Of a stretch of 64,000 nt of DNA, positions 43,124-54,047 are shown piece after piece (within the stretch, counting starts at the first letter, position 1; the number at the start of each line of letters is the position of its first letter). The notes under the pieces are model-generated. The model saw only the letters and a list, made by a program, of their open reading frames with translations, was not told the DNA's origin and ran no database searches. The position numbers and the translations under genes were made by a program. This DNA comes from Candidatus Latescibacterota bacterium (lineage in GTDB: Bacteria; Latescibacterota; CBDEFO01), in the NCBI GenBank assembly GCA_965237525.1, contig CBDEFO010000008.1, positions 544,001 through 608,000 on the forward strand, read 5' to 3'.

Positions 43124-43876
43124 TCAGCTCATCAAATCTCCGCCATTTATGTCTACAGAGGCACCGGTGATGTAAGAAGACTGGTCAGAGACCAGGAACA
43201 ACACCAGGCGGGCCACATCTTCTGGTGTCCCCAATCTTGGAAGAGGATAGCTCCTGGCGTAAGCTTCCAGTTGTTCTTGTGAAGAGTTTTCTCTTGCCAT
43301 CTCGGTATCAATCATGCCCGGGCAGATAGCATTAACATTTATCCCAAAAGGACCCAACTCTTTCGCCATATGTCTGGTCAAGCCCAAAACCCCGGCCTTG
43401 GAAGCGGTGTAATGTGCTCCTCCCAGATCGCTCACCGTCTTACCTGCCAGCGAAGACGTACTCACTATCTTTCCATATCTTCTTTTCTTCATTATGGGAA
43501 CGACTAGCCGTGAGACGATAAAGACGCCTTTGAGATTAACATCTAATACAAAATCCCATTCCACCTCATCAATCTGGTCAAATTCTGTTGGTCTCAATAC
43601 ACCTGCATTGTTGACCAGAATATCTATGCGGTGGAATTTTTCTTCTATCTCCGTTACCATTTTCTCAACCTGGCCATAATTGCTAACATCAACCTGGAAA
43701 GGTATCGCCGATGGACCGATTTCTTCTGCTGCCTGTCTTATCTTTTCTTCTTCCAAATCGTTGATGGCTACCTGTGCTCCCTCTTTCGCCAGCGCTAAAG
43801 CAATGTGTCTCCCCATGCCCCGGGTGGCGCCTGTGACGAGCGCTACTCTATCCATTAATAATTTGCCTTCGCACAT
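43124..43876 (-). CDS. SDR family oxidoreductase (FabG-like)
   Basis: TGATRGMG, NNAG, YTASK, NAICPG. Confidence 0.9.
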   Translation of the reverse strand: MCEGKLLMDRVALVTGATRGMGRHIALALAKEGAQVAINDLEEEKIRQAAEEIGPSAIPFQVDVSNYGQVEKMVTEIEEKFHRIDILVNNAGVLRPTEFDQIDEVEWDFVLDVNLKGVFIVSRLVVPIMKKRRYGKIVSTSSLAGKTVSDLGGAHYTASKAGVLGLTRHMAKELGPFGINVNAICPGMIDTEMARENSSQEQLEAYARSYPLPRLGTPEDVARLVLFLVSDQSSYITGASVDINGGDLMS

Positions 43877-44177
43877 TTTTCAAATCCCCCATGATTGGTT
43901 GCAACCGGCAATTGCGCGTGGGGGTCGCCGCGGCACTTGTGACCGGCGGACGGGTTAAGTGAGCCTGGCATCAAGAGACTCTGGCTCAAACCCTGATCCG
44001 ATGTGCCGACGTCAGCGACTCGTCCCGCTCCGACCATTGAGAGGAACCAGTATCGCCTTGTACTGCAACCACGCGGCAGTCCCCTGCATCACCTGATTTT
44101 GTCTTCTGACGCTTCGTGGAAGCTTTCCTCCCCGGAAGGCCCCTGCCGGTGGGCTCCTTCCAGCAGCTCCCCAGCGC

Positions 44178-45056
44178 TCAATCCCCCCCCCAGCGGTCCG
44201 GATTGATCCCCGGCGCCTCTGTTGTCATGCCCTCGGGCTTGTGCGGCTGTTCCCACTCCTTGCCGGTGGTGTTGAGGCTCTGCAGGAAGGGTTTAGCTGC
44301 TGCGGGCGCAGCCTCCACCAGTGCTGGGTCCCACTCCTCCATGGGCTGGATCGGTCCTGCCCAGGCCGGCCGGTAGCCGAATTGAATCAACTCCCGGGGC
44401 ACCGTGTCCCTGTTGGGATGTGTGCCGTGGAACAGGGTCACTGGAACGATGACGGCCGAACCGGCCTTCATGCACAGGGTGATCTCCTGAGGATGCGACT
44501 TGTAGCGCCGGTATGGGTTGGCTTCGGCGTGGAAGGACAGGTGCGAGCGGGGTATGAGCCGGAAAGGCGCCCGTTCAGGGATCAGATCGTCGAGGTAGTA
44601 GAGTACCCTCAATAGGCGCGGCGAGCTGCCTTCGTAGCCAAAGATGGACGAGCCGAAGGGCTGGCCGTCGGTGTGCATGGAGATGCCCGGAGAGCCGGAG
44701 AGGGTGCGGGTAAAGAGCCCGTGCGTGAACACGATGTCCGGTCCCATCAAGGCCTCGAAAAACTCGATGACGGGCGGGTGCGCGATAAGTTCGGCCGCGG
44801 CGCGACTCAGCCACTGAGGTTCCATAGCATAGGTCTGCGCCTCGCTGTAGTCCTTGTGCTGCATGGGTACGTCGGACAGTTCGGCCTTGAGTCTTTTAAT
44901 CTGTGAGGCGTCGAGCACGTCGGGAAGGGCAACGTAACCCTCCACCTCCAGGTGGCGGGTGCGCCGGGCCAGGCTAAAGGAATCGAAGTCGGTCTGGTCA
45001 ATGTGCATGAAGCCGATTTCCTCTTCCGGATCGATTTTTAGAGTTGTGTTTTTCAT
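44178..45056 (-). CDS. Phytanoyl-CoA dioxygenase family protein
   Basis: EGY, HTD, IPRSH, AGS...HG. Confidence 0.8.
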   Translation of the reverse strand: MKNTTLKIDPEEEIGFMHIDQTDFDSFSLARRTRHLEVEGYVALPDVLDASQIKRLKAELSDVPMQHKDYSEAQTYAMEPQWLSRAAAELIAHPPVIEFFEALMGPDIVFTHGLFTRTLSGSPGISMHTDGQPFGSSIFGYEGSSPRLLRVLYYLDDLIPERAPFRLIPRSHLSFHAEANPYRRYKSHPQEITLCMKAGSAVIVPVTLFHGTHPNRDTVPRELIQFGYRPAWAGPIQPMEEWDPALVEAAPAAAKPFLQSLNTTGKEWEQPHKPEGMTTEAPGINPDRWGGD

Positions 45057-45058
45057 TT

Positions 45059-45814
45059 TTACCTCCTTGCGTTCTCTCCGCGGCGTATGAATTCGGCGGC
45101 CCCGGGGGCGATCCAGGAGTCGATGCTGGTCAGGAAAAAGCGGACGCCCGCTGCTGAGTACTTTTCAACGGTTTCGTTGGTGGCAACGTAACCGGCAACG
45201 CCGCCGGCTTTCTGAATGCGGGCTAGGGTGTCGTCAATTGTTTTCTGCACGTCCGGGTGCTGCCTGTTGTCTATATGGCCCATGGAGGTGGCCAGGTCGG
45301 AGGGCGCTACGAAGAATACGTCAATGTGGTCTACCGTCAGGATCTCATCCAGGTTGCGGACCGCGGCGATGTCCTCGATCAGGATGATAAGCAGGGTTTC
45401 TTCGTTTGCCACGTGGTAGTAATCCGGGACGCCAAAGCCCTGTCGGCTGGTGTACATGCCGCGATGGCCGATCGGGGCGAACTTGCCGCCATCCACCACG
45501 TTTTGGGCTTCCTCCCTAGTGTTCACGTGCGGCACTACAATCGCCTGGGCTCCGCAGTCGAGCGTTCGGTAGATGAGGGCCTGATCGTTGCGGTTGACGC
45601 GTACCACCGAAGTCATGCCCCAGATATCGCAGGCACGGGTCAAATTTCCGAGCTCCTCCGGGCCCGCGGATCCGTGTTCCCCTTCCAGCCACACGCCGTC
45701 GAATCCGACAGGGCCAAAGGCGTCGATGTCGTCGGGGTGGGTGATGCCGCAGACTATGAAGGCGATGCCGCCCTCGGCCAGCTTGTGTTTGATGCGGTTG
45801 GGCCTCAGTTTCAT
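45059..45814 (-). CDS. HpcH/HpaI aldolase family protein
   Basis: WLEGEHG, LDCGA, VPHV, IE, PSDL. Confidence 0.85.
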   Translation of the reverse strand: MKLRPNRIKHKLAEGGIAFIVCGITHPDDIDAFGPVGFDGVWLEGEHGSAGPEELGNLTRACDIWGMTSVVRVNRNDQALIYRTLDCGAQAIVVPHVNTREEAQNVVDGGKFAPIGHRGMYTSRQGFGVPDYYHVANEETLLIILIEDIAAVRNLDEILTVDHIDVFFVAPSDLATSMGHIDNRQHPDVQKTIDDTLARIQKAGGVAGYVATNETVEKYSAAGVRFFLTSIDSWIAPGAAEFIRRGENARR

Positions 45815-46150
45815 TCTATCTCCTGGTTGGTGGTGGATTAAGGTGTTTTGAGGTTCCACACCTGAAAGGTACGGAAATCAGGCTCTGCATTCAAGGGAAA
45901 AGTGGTACTCCCTCGAATTTAAAGACACTAACGTGGCTGCTGCCGACGGCAGGAGTATACGTGCATTTGCCTTGGATCCAGAGGCCGCGTGCGCTTTTTT
46001 GGTGGTATTGCACTGGAGCGGTGAGTGTAGGGTGCGACCTCCGTGCCAGCGTGTATCATCAACGTGGAGATTCCCCTCCCTGCTGTCGAGGGTGAAATCG
46101 GGGCCAACCAACTCATCGCTGATGCCGTAGCTGCTGGTCCCCGATTGAGT

Positions 46151-47098
46151 CTATCGGGAGGCCACGCGCTCAAAAAGTGTCGGCGTCTGGCACATGTGTC
46201 TAATGATGGCCTTCGCCTGTTCTTCGGTGGCTGAGGCAATCGGGGGACGCATAAGGTACGTCTCGGCAAAGCCCATTCCGTACACCACGACCTGATTGCG
46301 TGCCATCCCATGGATGTTCGGCGGAGAGAAGCCACATTGTTCATCCTCTTCTATCATCTGGAGCACCTCCAGATAGTTGTTCTCATCGAGCAACTCGAAC
46401 ATACTCTGGCAGCGCTTGGGGTTGAAGAGTCCGGAAAATTCACCCTGGTTGGGCCAGTGGTGGAAGAAGACGTAGTAAGTGAAAAGGCCACCGCCGGTGA
46501 TGCCCATGCGTCCGGAGAACCTGCGGACCAGTTCCATCCGATTGGCCAGCACATAAATGTCGTCCTTGATGCCGATGAACTGTTCCTCCTGGCAAAGATC
46601 TTCGAGGAGCTGAACGGGCAGCATGGTCTGTGGGGGGGAAGTCCATGGTACCGGTAGGGCCACTGCCAGAAGGGGGATTTCGGTTTCTCTGGCCACGGCG
46701 CGAATGTATTGCACGTAGAGTTCACCGCAATGGGAGGAAGTTTGCACACAGTGTTCGGGCAGATGTACGAAAGCAGCATGCGCACCGAGCTTTTCGAACG
46801 CCTGGACCGTCTCGATCGCAACGTGCACGGGTCCCCCGCCAGTGCAGGAGATAAACAGCGCGTCATCACCCACGACCTCCAACACTGTGCGCGTCACATC
46901 CACAATCTCGTGAGGGGTCACGAAATCGAGCTGGCTGTACATGAAAGTCAGACAAAAATTCTTGGTGTCGTTCTCTAGCTGCCAGCAGACATATTTGGCC
47001 AGGCCGGCATGGTCGATCGAGTAATCGTCGCGATACAGAATGGGCAAGGGCACCATCTGACGGTGAATTCGGTTGCGTATGTCGTCGTAGTGACTCAC
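46151..47098 (-). CDS. Dihydrodipicolinate synthase-family lyase (divergent)
   Basis: DYSIDHAGL...; IGIKD Schiff-base Lys; MRPP near the C-terminus. Confidence 0.7.
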   Translation of the reverse strand: MSHYDDIRNRIHRQMVPLPILYRDDYSIDHAGLAKYVCWQLENDTKNFCLTFMYSQLDFVTPHEIVDVTRTVLEVVGDDALFISCTGGGPVHVAIETVQAFEKLGAHAAFVHLPEHCVQTSSHCGELYVQYIRAVARETEIPLLAVALPVPWTSPPQTMLPVQLLEDLCQEEQFIGIKDDIYVLANRMELVRRFSGRMGITGGGLFTYYVFFHHWPNQGEFSGLFNPKRCQSMFELLDENNYLEVLQMIEEDEQCGFSPPNIHGMARNQVVVYGMGFAETYLMRPPIASATEEQAKAIIRHMCQTPTLFERVASR

Positions 47099-47739
47099 AG
47101 TGCTCTCCGTATATCAGCTTTTTCAACTGACGACGAACTCAGCCTCATCAAAATCTTCTGGAAGTCCCTAAAGTTATACCGCATCGTACCGGTCTCGAAT
47201 CCGGGCACGCAGTGTTCCGGGTCGTCCTGGGCTTGCAATAGAGGGGCAAGAACCGAGCCAGATTGTCTGCATCTCGCCCGGGTGACGCGTGGCCATACCG
47301 CGGATACTTGCCTGCCCTCTATTCTCTGCGTGATCTTGCACAGGTGGATCACACACACGACCGGTCCTATCTGGCCCGGGTGAATACTCGCCAGCCCCGA
47401 GCTGAAGTCGCTTTGTCCTTGTCTATCATCGCGCGTAAGACGGACGCAACGTCGTTACCTTCTTTGTCGTACAGGCCGAGCCAACGGTTGAAAAGGGCAC
47501 GCTATGCGGACAGCAGCCCGCCGTAACCTCCAGTTTACGACCATACGCTCCTCAGTGGAACCGGGGCTCCCCGCATAAGGTTTCCCCAGTAGGACCTTTC
47601 TGAATCAGGTATCTTTCTTGTTGAGATAGGTATCACGTAAAAGGAATCTCACCACTCGACATACCTCACTGACAACCCCGCGATGTCATCGAAGAAGTAG
47701 TGGAAGAAGAGCGGTCAAAGCAGAACATCCCTGTACGAA

Positions 47740-47928
47740 GGATGTGCTGCTTAAGGTGAAGGAGGAAGAAAGAACCTCCGAGCGGGAGTAGGCAGAAGAG
47801 ATAACCGAGGAAACGGATCTTCCCGACAACAGCGGTCTTATACACGGTAAATTTCGGGAGTTATATACAGAGCACCTGGAACCGGAATCTGCGGATCTGA
47901 TGTTTACCGAACCACCGTACGATAAGTA
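47740..47928 (+). pseudogene. Fragment of a DNA amino-methyltransferase-like gene
   Basis: LIHGKFRE...PESADLMFTEPPY* resembles the DLIFTDPPY motif; internal stops. Confidence 0.4.
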
Positions 47929-48685
47929 GTGAATCTCCCTCAACGAAGACTTGGCCAAGGTGGGGGTCTATGCTCCAGAAGGCGGTGGAGCGATCAGGCT
48001 AACAACAGGCGGCGGGCTCTGGCTCAGACCGTATTTTTTGTGGCCTTGATTTGGCTCAAGCATCCCTTTTGTTGTACGAGATCGACTCGGAACTTCACCA
48101 CCATGTTTTGTATCCTGACGAGTGTCTTCAACCTCGGCGTTCACGAGAACTCGAGTAGCATCCCCTATGATTTCGTTGGCCGTTTTGTAGTCTTTGCGGT
48201 TCTCCGCAAACTTCGCAGGATTTATGCGGTATTCCAGCAGCCGCTTCACAAGCACTACCGCAGTTCGTCAAGGGACGCTACATACTTCTGACGCTGTTGA
48301 TTAAAGAACTCTCTTAATTCAGGATACAGACTGGGATGGTTCCTGTAATAATCAACTCTCCCACGAATCAAACCCTTTTCCTCTGTTTCATGTAAGTCAA
48401 ATCTGTGCCAGTGTTAGTCTACGGCTTCCTTGGGGGAATAGAATGCTCCAAGACATTGCAGAATGAAGAGTTTTTGCTTAACGTCTGCACTCCGGGGAAT
48501 CTTCCCAGAACGATTATGCTTCTTGTTTTCTATTGGTTTTCCTACGTTAGTGACACCTCTATTTTCACACCTTTAGTCTGACCGGTCACAGCTTAGTCAA
48601 CTTCAGTAATGCTTATTAAACCAAATATACAAAATAAGCTATCCTTATTCAAGACTTGATACACTTCGGTTGCGCTTCGGATCGA

Positions 48686-48892
48686 ACTGACCTTGACTTT
48701 TCCACCAATTTGTAGTCGATTTCTACTGGAGTAGGCCGGAAGGCCGTGAAAAACCAAGAAATATGCTGGGAGGTGAAGCCCTGTTAACCTAAACAAAACA
48801 AAAGATTATGAAAAACTATGGAACAAGAAGAACTGGATAGGTGAATCTCTAAAACCAAAGCTTGCGCTGTCGAATCACGCATAACCCGTAAC
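48686..48892 (+). repeat. Copy C of the dispersed repeat
   Basis: TTTCTACTGGA...CCGTGAAAAA...CTGTTAACCTAAACAAAA...GAATCTCTAAAACCAAAG...TCGAATCACGC. Confidence 0.65.
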
Positions 48893-48914
48893 CTTCATCT
48901 ACTTTCTTCAATCT

Positions 48915-49997
48915 CTACCACTCTACTATTCCTACGATCGGTGGAGCATCATTTTTGGAAAGATCTATTGTGTATGGTTCATCTATTTCAACGCCGTCTC
49001 TGTCAGCTATGATTCGAATTTGGGGTTTGTCCAATTCCCCCTGAACATTCTTCAGCACCACTGCCCTTTCTCCAGTCTTCAGTGCTACTATGCTCCCCTC
49101 GGGGTACCTGGCGACCTTTGAAAGAAAGATTTCCACTACCTTGGGGTCGAACTCCTCACCTGACTTTGCTGCTAACAGGTTTAAGACCTTATGAGGAGCT
49201 ACTCTTGCTTTGTAGATTCTGTTTGAAGTCACAGCATCGTGGATGTCCGCCACTATTGTGATCTTTGAAAACTCATGGATCTCATCTCCTTTGAGGCCCT
49301 GTGGGTAGCCTCTCCCGTTCAGTTTCTCGTGGTGCTGAAGCGCCACATATGTAACCACAGGATCCAGATCCGCTCTGTCCTGGAGTATCTGGAATCCGTT
49401 TGATGGATGCTTCTGCATCTCCACAGATTCTTCGTCTGTCAGTTTTCCGGGCTTGTTTTTGATCTCAGGTGGAATCATAACCTCCCCGATATCGCGCAAG
49501 AGCACGCCCATTGCAAGCGTCTTGAGCCGATTTTCGTCGTACCCCATTCCCATTGCCACCAGAATGCTCAGAATACACACCTGCACAGAACGCTGATACG
49601 TGTAGTCATCGTAGGTCTTTAGATCTGCCAGATTAACTATATCGGTACTGCTTACTATCAGGTCATCTACGAGCTTGCTTGCGACTGACCTTACTTCACC
49701 TTTGTCTACAGCCGTATCCGACTCGGACTGGAGTGACTGTTCAACCTTCGAAAATATCTTCTTTACGGCTGAGGAAACGGAGGATCTGGTTCTTTCCGAT
49801 ACCACGTCGTGAACATCCACGTCCTCAAACCTTTTGTCGTATATATACATTGACTGTACCCCCAGGCTCTTGAGTCGCTCTATATACGTTGGAGTAAGTT
49901 CCACTCCGTGTCCTACAAGAACCACACCGTCCGCGGAGTATATATTCCTTTCTACTATGGAGCCTGGAGGAAGACTATCTATCTGCATAATCCTCAT
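48915..49997 (-). CDS. HD-GYP domain protein with a degenerate HD motif
   Basis: QHHEKLNGRGYP, KPGKLT, ADIHDA present; LLRDIGE replaces LLHDIGK. Confidence 0.85.
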   Translation of the reverse strand: MRIMQIDSLPPGSIVERNIYSADGVVLVGHGVELTPTYIERLKSLGVQSMYIYDKRFEDVDVHDVVSERTRSSVSSAVKKIFSKVEQSLQSESDTAVDKGEVRSVASKLVDDLIVSSTDIVNLADLKTYDDYTYQRSVQVCILSILVAMGMGYDENRLKTLAMGVLLRDIGEVMIPPEIKNKPGKLTDEESVEMQKHPSNGFQILQDRADLDPVVTYVALQHHEKLNGRGYPQGLKGDEIHEFSKITIVADIHDAVTSNRIYKARVAPHKVLNLLAAKSGEEFDPKVVEIFLSKVARYPEGSIVALKTGERAVVLKNVQGELDKPQIRIIADRDGVEIDEPYTIDLSKNDAPPIVGIVEW

Positions 49998-50004
49998 TAT
50001 GTAA

Positions 50005-50847
50005 GGTAATGCCACAACATTATACACCTTGAGAGGGTTGATTCATAATCTGTCTGGCTATCTGTACTAGGTCTTGATCTTGGTTGTTGAATCGCCATTC
50101 TGTCTCTTTGAGGTAGAGATGGAAATATTGCTTGGGTACACCACGATAAGGATATAAGAAGTGTTTGGCGTATGACCAAAAGCCTTCGATTCCATTTAGA
50201 TGGTTTCTACCTTTGGGCTTTCCTTTGTCTTTGTCGACGACGACGTGGTTACCACGGATAGATAGAGAAGCGTAGGCGTGCCAGTCATCGGTATAGTAGA
50301 GACTACCTGGCTTGGTATATTGGGTAATGAGAGGAAGAATTACTTGTCTGCTTCTAGACGGCACAGGAAAAGTCGATACTTTCCCATTCCTCTGATACAT
50401 TCCAAAGACAATAACTTTACCTTCAGCACCCCAACCTCGCTTACCTGGTCTTTTGCCACCGAACATAGCTTCATCCATCTCTATCTCTCCAGATAGGAGC
50501 CTCAACTCCTCCAGAGAATCCTGGTAGATAGCAAGGCGAACTATACGGTAGAAACGTTCAATAGTATGTAGGTGTATTGGAACTCGAAACCTTAACCGGT
50601 AAGCTAGAACCGCAAGACCAAAAAACTTAATGAGCCTCCCCTTCCAGTAGGGAGAAATCTTGCTCTTGGACCAGTAGCTATTGGTTCGAAAATGGTAGTC
50701 CCTGAGACACCCTTGACAACGATATCTACCACCCGATAATTTCCAAAATTTGGTGCACCTACAGTAGCTACATTTTCGCATAGCTCAATATGCAGTAATA
50801 ATCGACTCTTCGCAAGATCATAAGGTGTATAATGTTGTAGTATTACC
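50005..50847 (-). mobile_element. IS1595-family IS with an 8-bp target duplication (TTATGTAA)
   Basis: IRs GGTAATGCCACAACATTATACACCTT / AAGGTGTATAATGTTGTAGTATTACC. Confidence 0.9.
50020..50781 (-). CDS. IS1595 transposase
   Basis: Zn-ribbon CxxC...CxxC; EMDE, YTDD, HLNGIEGFW. Confidence 0.9.
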   Translation of the reverse strand: MRKCSYCRCTKFWKLSGGRYRCQGCLRDYHFRTNSYWSKSKISPYWKGRLIKFFGLAVLAYRLRFRVPIHLHTIERFYRIVRLAIYQDSLEELRLLSGEIEMDEAMFGGKRPGKRGWGAEGKVIVFGMYQRNGKVSTFPVPSRSRQVILPLITQYTKPGSLYYTDDWHAYASLSIRGNHVVVDKDKGKPKGRNHLNGIEGFWSYAKHFLYPYRGVPKQYFHLYLKETEWRFNNQDQDLVQIARQIMNQPSQGV

Positions 50848-51162
50848 TTATGTAAAACCTCCAATGGAGCTTGAGATCCCAATTACATCGAGTTTTTACT
50901 CTTTCAGGAGTCTTTCAATTCGTCCAAGGGGTCGAATTGGCCGCTCTTTTTCCTCCCATATTTGTGTTTGCCTCCTAATCCATAGATGATACTTCTATCT
51001 GACCGGTTTGTCAAGCAACTTTTACCAGTTCCTTTGCCCGACAAACTCACACAGGGTTGCCTTGTCGGTTTCCCAGGATCTGAACCGTGACCTCGATCTA
51101 TTTTTGCCCTGGATTCTGAAACAGAATGCTCCCTAACCCGATTAATTCATAAACTTAGTGGA

Positions 51163-51283
51163 GTCATTGCGAGGAACAAAGCGACGCAGCAATCTCAAGG
51201 TTTTATAGTGGTCTCCTATGAGAGCCGGAGAGTATTACGTCTACCACAGAATCGATATTGCTTCGCCTTCGGCTCGCAATGAC
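51163..51283. repeat. REP-like palindromic element
   Basis: GTCATTGCGAG...GCAATCTC ... ATTGCTTCG...CTCGCAATGAC. Confidence 0.7.
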
Positions 51284-51352
51284 ACCGAACGTGGTTAAAC
51301 GGCATAACTATAATATAATACAATCCCTTAATTAATACACGGTCTTTTTGTG

Positions 51353-52666
51353 TGAATTATTCGGGCTAAAAAGGAGGCAAACATACCGCTCCCCTTGACA
51401 GAGCGAAAATATTTCGCAAATTGGGGTTTGAGAAGGGAGGTCAAATTGTCAAGCCCCGAAGTGAAAGATGGTAAGCGCTGGACGGCGACCCGTAAGGTAG
51501 AGGTGGTGTTGGCTGTTTTGAAAGGAGCGAATGTATCAGAGGTGTGTCGGAAGAATGGAATTAGCCAGTCACAGGCGTATGCCTGGCGTGATAGTTTCCT
51601 GGAAGGAGGGCAGGAGAGTCTGAAGTCTCGGCGTGGTCGCAAGGATCCGAAGGAGTGGGAGGTCAGCCGGTTGGAGCGTAAGGTAGGGCAGTTAACCCTC
51701 CAGTTGGAGATACTCGAGGAGGTAGCCCGTCTAAAAAAAACGAAGCGGTTGCCTTGAGTGGGCGGTTTTTGGGTCGAGGCTATTCCCGTAAGGTGGTAGC
51801 TTTGGCTTTGGGTTTGCATCGTTCGACTCTGTATAGGCTTAGGTATAGAGGTGTCAGTTCTTCTGTCGAAGAGTCTATGATAGATGGACAGCTTGCTTTT
51901 CGTGTTCGAGGGATACTCGACCAAGAAGAGGCATTTGGTCACAGGCGGGTTTGGGCGCATCTTCGTTTCAAGGAAGGGGCATATGTTAACATCAAGAAGG
52001 TTCATAGGATAATGAAGCTTAAGGGGTGGCAGTGTAAGCTGTGGAATCCCCGATAGAATCAATCGGGGACCCCGGGAGAAAGGGGCCACAGGTTTCCCAG
52101 AAGCGTTCTGTGATGGATCGTCCTGACAGTCTCTGGTCGGCTGACTTGACCAAGATCTATTGTGGGGAAGACGGTTGGTGTCCTCTTATTGCGGTGGTGG
52201 ACAACGGGAGTCGGGAGGTTCCCGGGTATCGTTTTAGTCGAAAAGGGAGGGCACTGGAGGCCACAGATGCCCTGGATCGGGCCGTGATCTCTCGATACAC
52301 TTCCAAGGAGGCTGTCCCCCAGGGTCTCACTTTTCGCTCTGACAACGGCTCCATCTTTTTGTCTCGGACCTATTTGGCAAGTACCGAATATTGGGGAATT
52401 CGTCAGGAATACATACCAAGTGGTAATCCCGATTGGAACGGTGTTGTAGAGCGTTTTTTCAGGACCCTCAAGCAAGAGTGTGTTTGGCTTCACAATTTTG
52501 AATCCTTTGAACAGGCTGAGAAGATCATATCTCAGTGGATCGATAATTACAACAACAACAGGCTTCATTCATCTCTGGGATATAAGACCCCGGAAGAGTG
52601 GAGAAAACAATTCTATCTACTACCCCAGGTTGCTTAATTGATGTCGCTTTCCAGGGGGGCAGTACA
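51353..52666 (+). mobile_element. IS3-family IS; orfA 51395-51757, orfB ~51740-52637 disrupted
   Basis: A8 slippery run at 51733-51740; WSADLT, RSDNGS, NGVVERFFRTLK; right end ...GGGGGGCAGTACA. Left IR is degenerate, so the left boundary is approximate. Confidence 0.8.
52048..52068. repeat. 21-bp palindrome inside IS3 orfB
   Basis: CCCCGATAGAATCAATCGGGG, identical to 61643-61663. Confidence 0.85.
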
Positions 52667-52707
52667 GAAAAGGCATTGTCTCCCTAATTTGCGCGTTTTG
52701 GTATCAC

Positions 52708-53208
52708 CTATACCCATTTAACACCTGCAAAGAACTTCTGAGCTATCAATCCGGCCACAGGTGGAAAGAAAAATGTACTTGCAATACAAATCAGAGTAAA
52801 TCTCCAACCTAATATCACTATTTCTATCGGTAATCTTCCAGCTGTCCATAATGACCATCCTGTCAAAAACGCAACCGTAGTCCCCGCGCTTGCTCCAGAG
52901 CGCAAGAGTCCAGCAGCGATAGTTAAACCGACATAAGAACCGCCAGGGGCCAAACCACCAGCTATTGTACCGATGCATATCCCTCGAATACCAGATTCTT
53001 CACCCACCCAAGTTGATAAGAATTCGCGGGGGATAAGAACCTGAATCATACCGGCCACGATAAAAGAGAAAAACAACAATGGTAGGATTCCAACTGTCAT
53101 GTTCATGGCCAATTTCATACCGCTGATGTGTTCTCCTCGTACGTTGTGGTACCCTGTGCAAGAAGGATAATTGCAAGTATCCCTATTACTTATTGTTGCA
53201 ATTAGCAT
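52708..53208 (-). CDS. Predicted permease (ArsP/DUF318-like), N-terminus degraded
   Basis: ILPLLFFSFIVAG, WVGEESGIRG, GLAPGG, FLTGW. Confidence 0.6.
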   Translation of the reverse strand: MLIATISNRDTCNYPSCTGYHNVRGEHISGMKLAMNMTVGILPLLFFSFIVAGMIQVLIPREFLSTWVGEESGIRGICIGTIAGGLAPGGSYVGLTIAAGLLRSGASAGTTVAFLTGWSLWTAGRLPIEIVILGWRFTLICIASTFFFPPVAGLIAQKFFAGVKWV

Positions 53209-53569
53209 TTCTGAGCTCCTCCTCTTTCGATCCATAATTTTTCTCCAAATGTTGTGTTGTCAATTACAATGTGATAACAGCGGAATAGATGTTGGGCAGA
53301 AACGTCAATTAAATAGCGTTTCAGAAATGGCGGACCTTCTCTTTGGTCACTACAAGTGCCAAATGGTAGCCATCAAGGTTCCCGCTCCTTTTGCCTGGAA
53401 GACACAGATTAAAGAATGAGACCGATTTGTCCGATCATAAAGGTAGAACAAGATGTCTTGAACTGTCTTATCTCCATCCTGCTAAAGATCTTCAGATGTT
53501 ACGTGTAAGTACAGATGGGCCTGGCTCCTGTTCTTTGTCCTGTTTCACTTATAAGGTGGTGATCGTCCG

Positions 53570-53881
53570 ATGGCTGATTCAATAGAAACTGAGAAGACCT
53601 TCTCCAAGACCCAGATCGTGGAAAGGGTAGTCGAATCGCAAAGAAAACATCCGGACGCAGACCGCAAGAAGTGGACTCCGTCACCAAAGGCTCGAAGTAC
53701 TCGGATGCACAAGCCCACAGACAGGGATAAGCACCAAGAAGAAGATACGCTCCTTCTGTCAGAAGAGCGTCAGCACAAAGATGAGTCCCAAGACTCAGAA
53801 GATGAAGAACAGAATACAACTGCTTTGAACTCACAAGACCCCGAATCGAATAAGGGGCAGACTCTAGACCTCAGGGCATAG
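53570..53881 (+). CDS. Small charged hypothetical protein
   Basis: AAGGTGGTG RBS-like sequence; low-complexity body ending KGQTLDLRA. Confidence 0.5.
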   Translation: MADSIETEKTFSKTQIVERVVESQRKHPDADRKKWTPSPKARSTRMHKPTDRDKHQEEDTLLLSEERQHKDESQDSEDEEQNTTALNSQDPESNKGQTLDLRA

Positions 53882-54047
53882 ACTGAGAAAGACAAAAATG
53901 TAAAAAGGGGTTAGTAGGTCCAAATGTGGCTTAAGAAAGTTAGTTCGCATAATGGAGTTATCCAAACTCCAGGCTAAAGCGCAGTAACTCTCAGACAAAA
54001 AGAACCAGGCAAGCCCACCGAATGTTGCATTGAATTACCTCTTCAGG

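Noticed and set aside
51328..52089. 253-aa minus-strand ORF
   Set aside because: Antisense to the IS3 orfA/orfB; no recognisable motifs
53410..53440. Sigma-28 promoter upstream of 53570
   Set aside because: TAAA...CCGAT spacing is off by one and no flagellar genes are in the window
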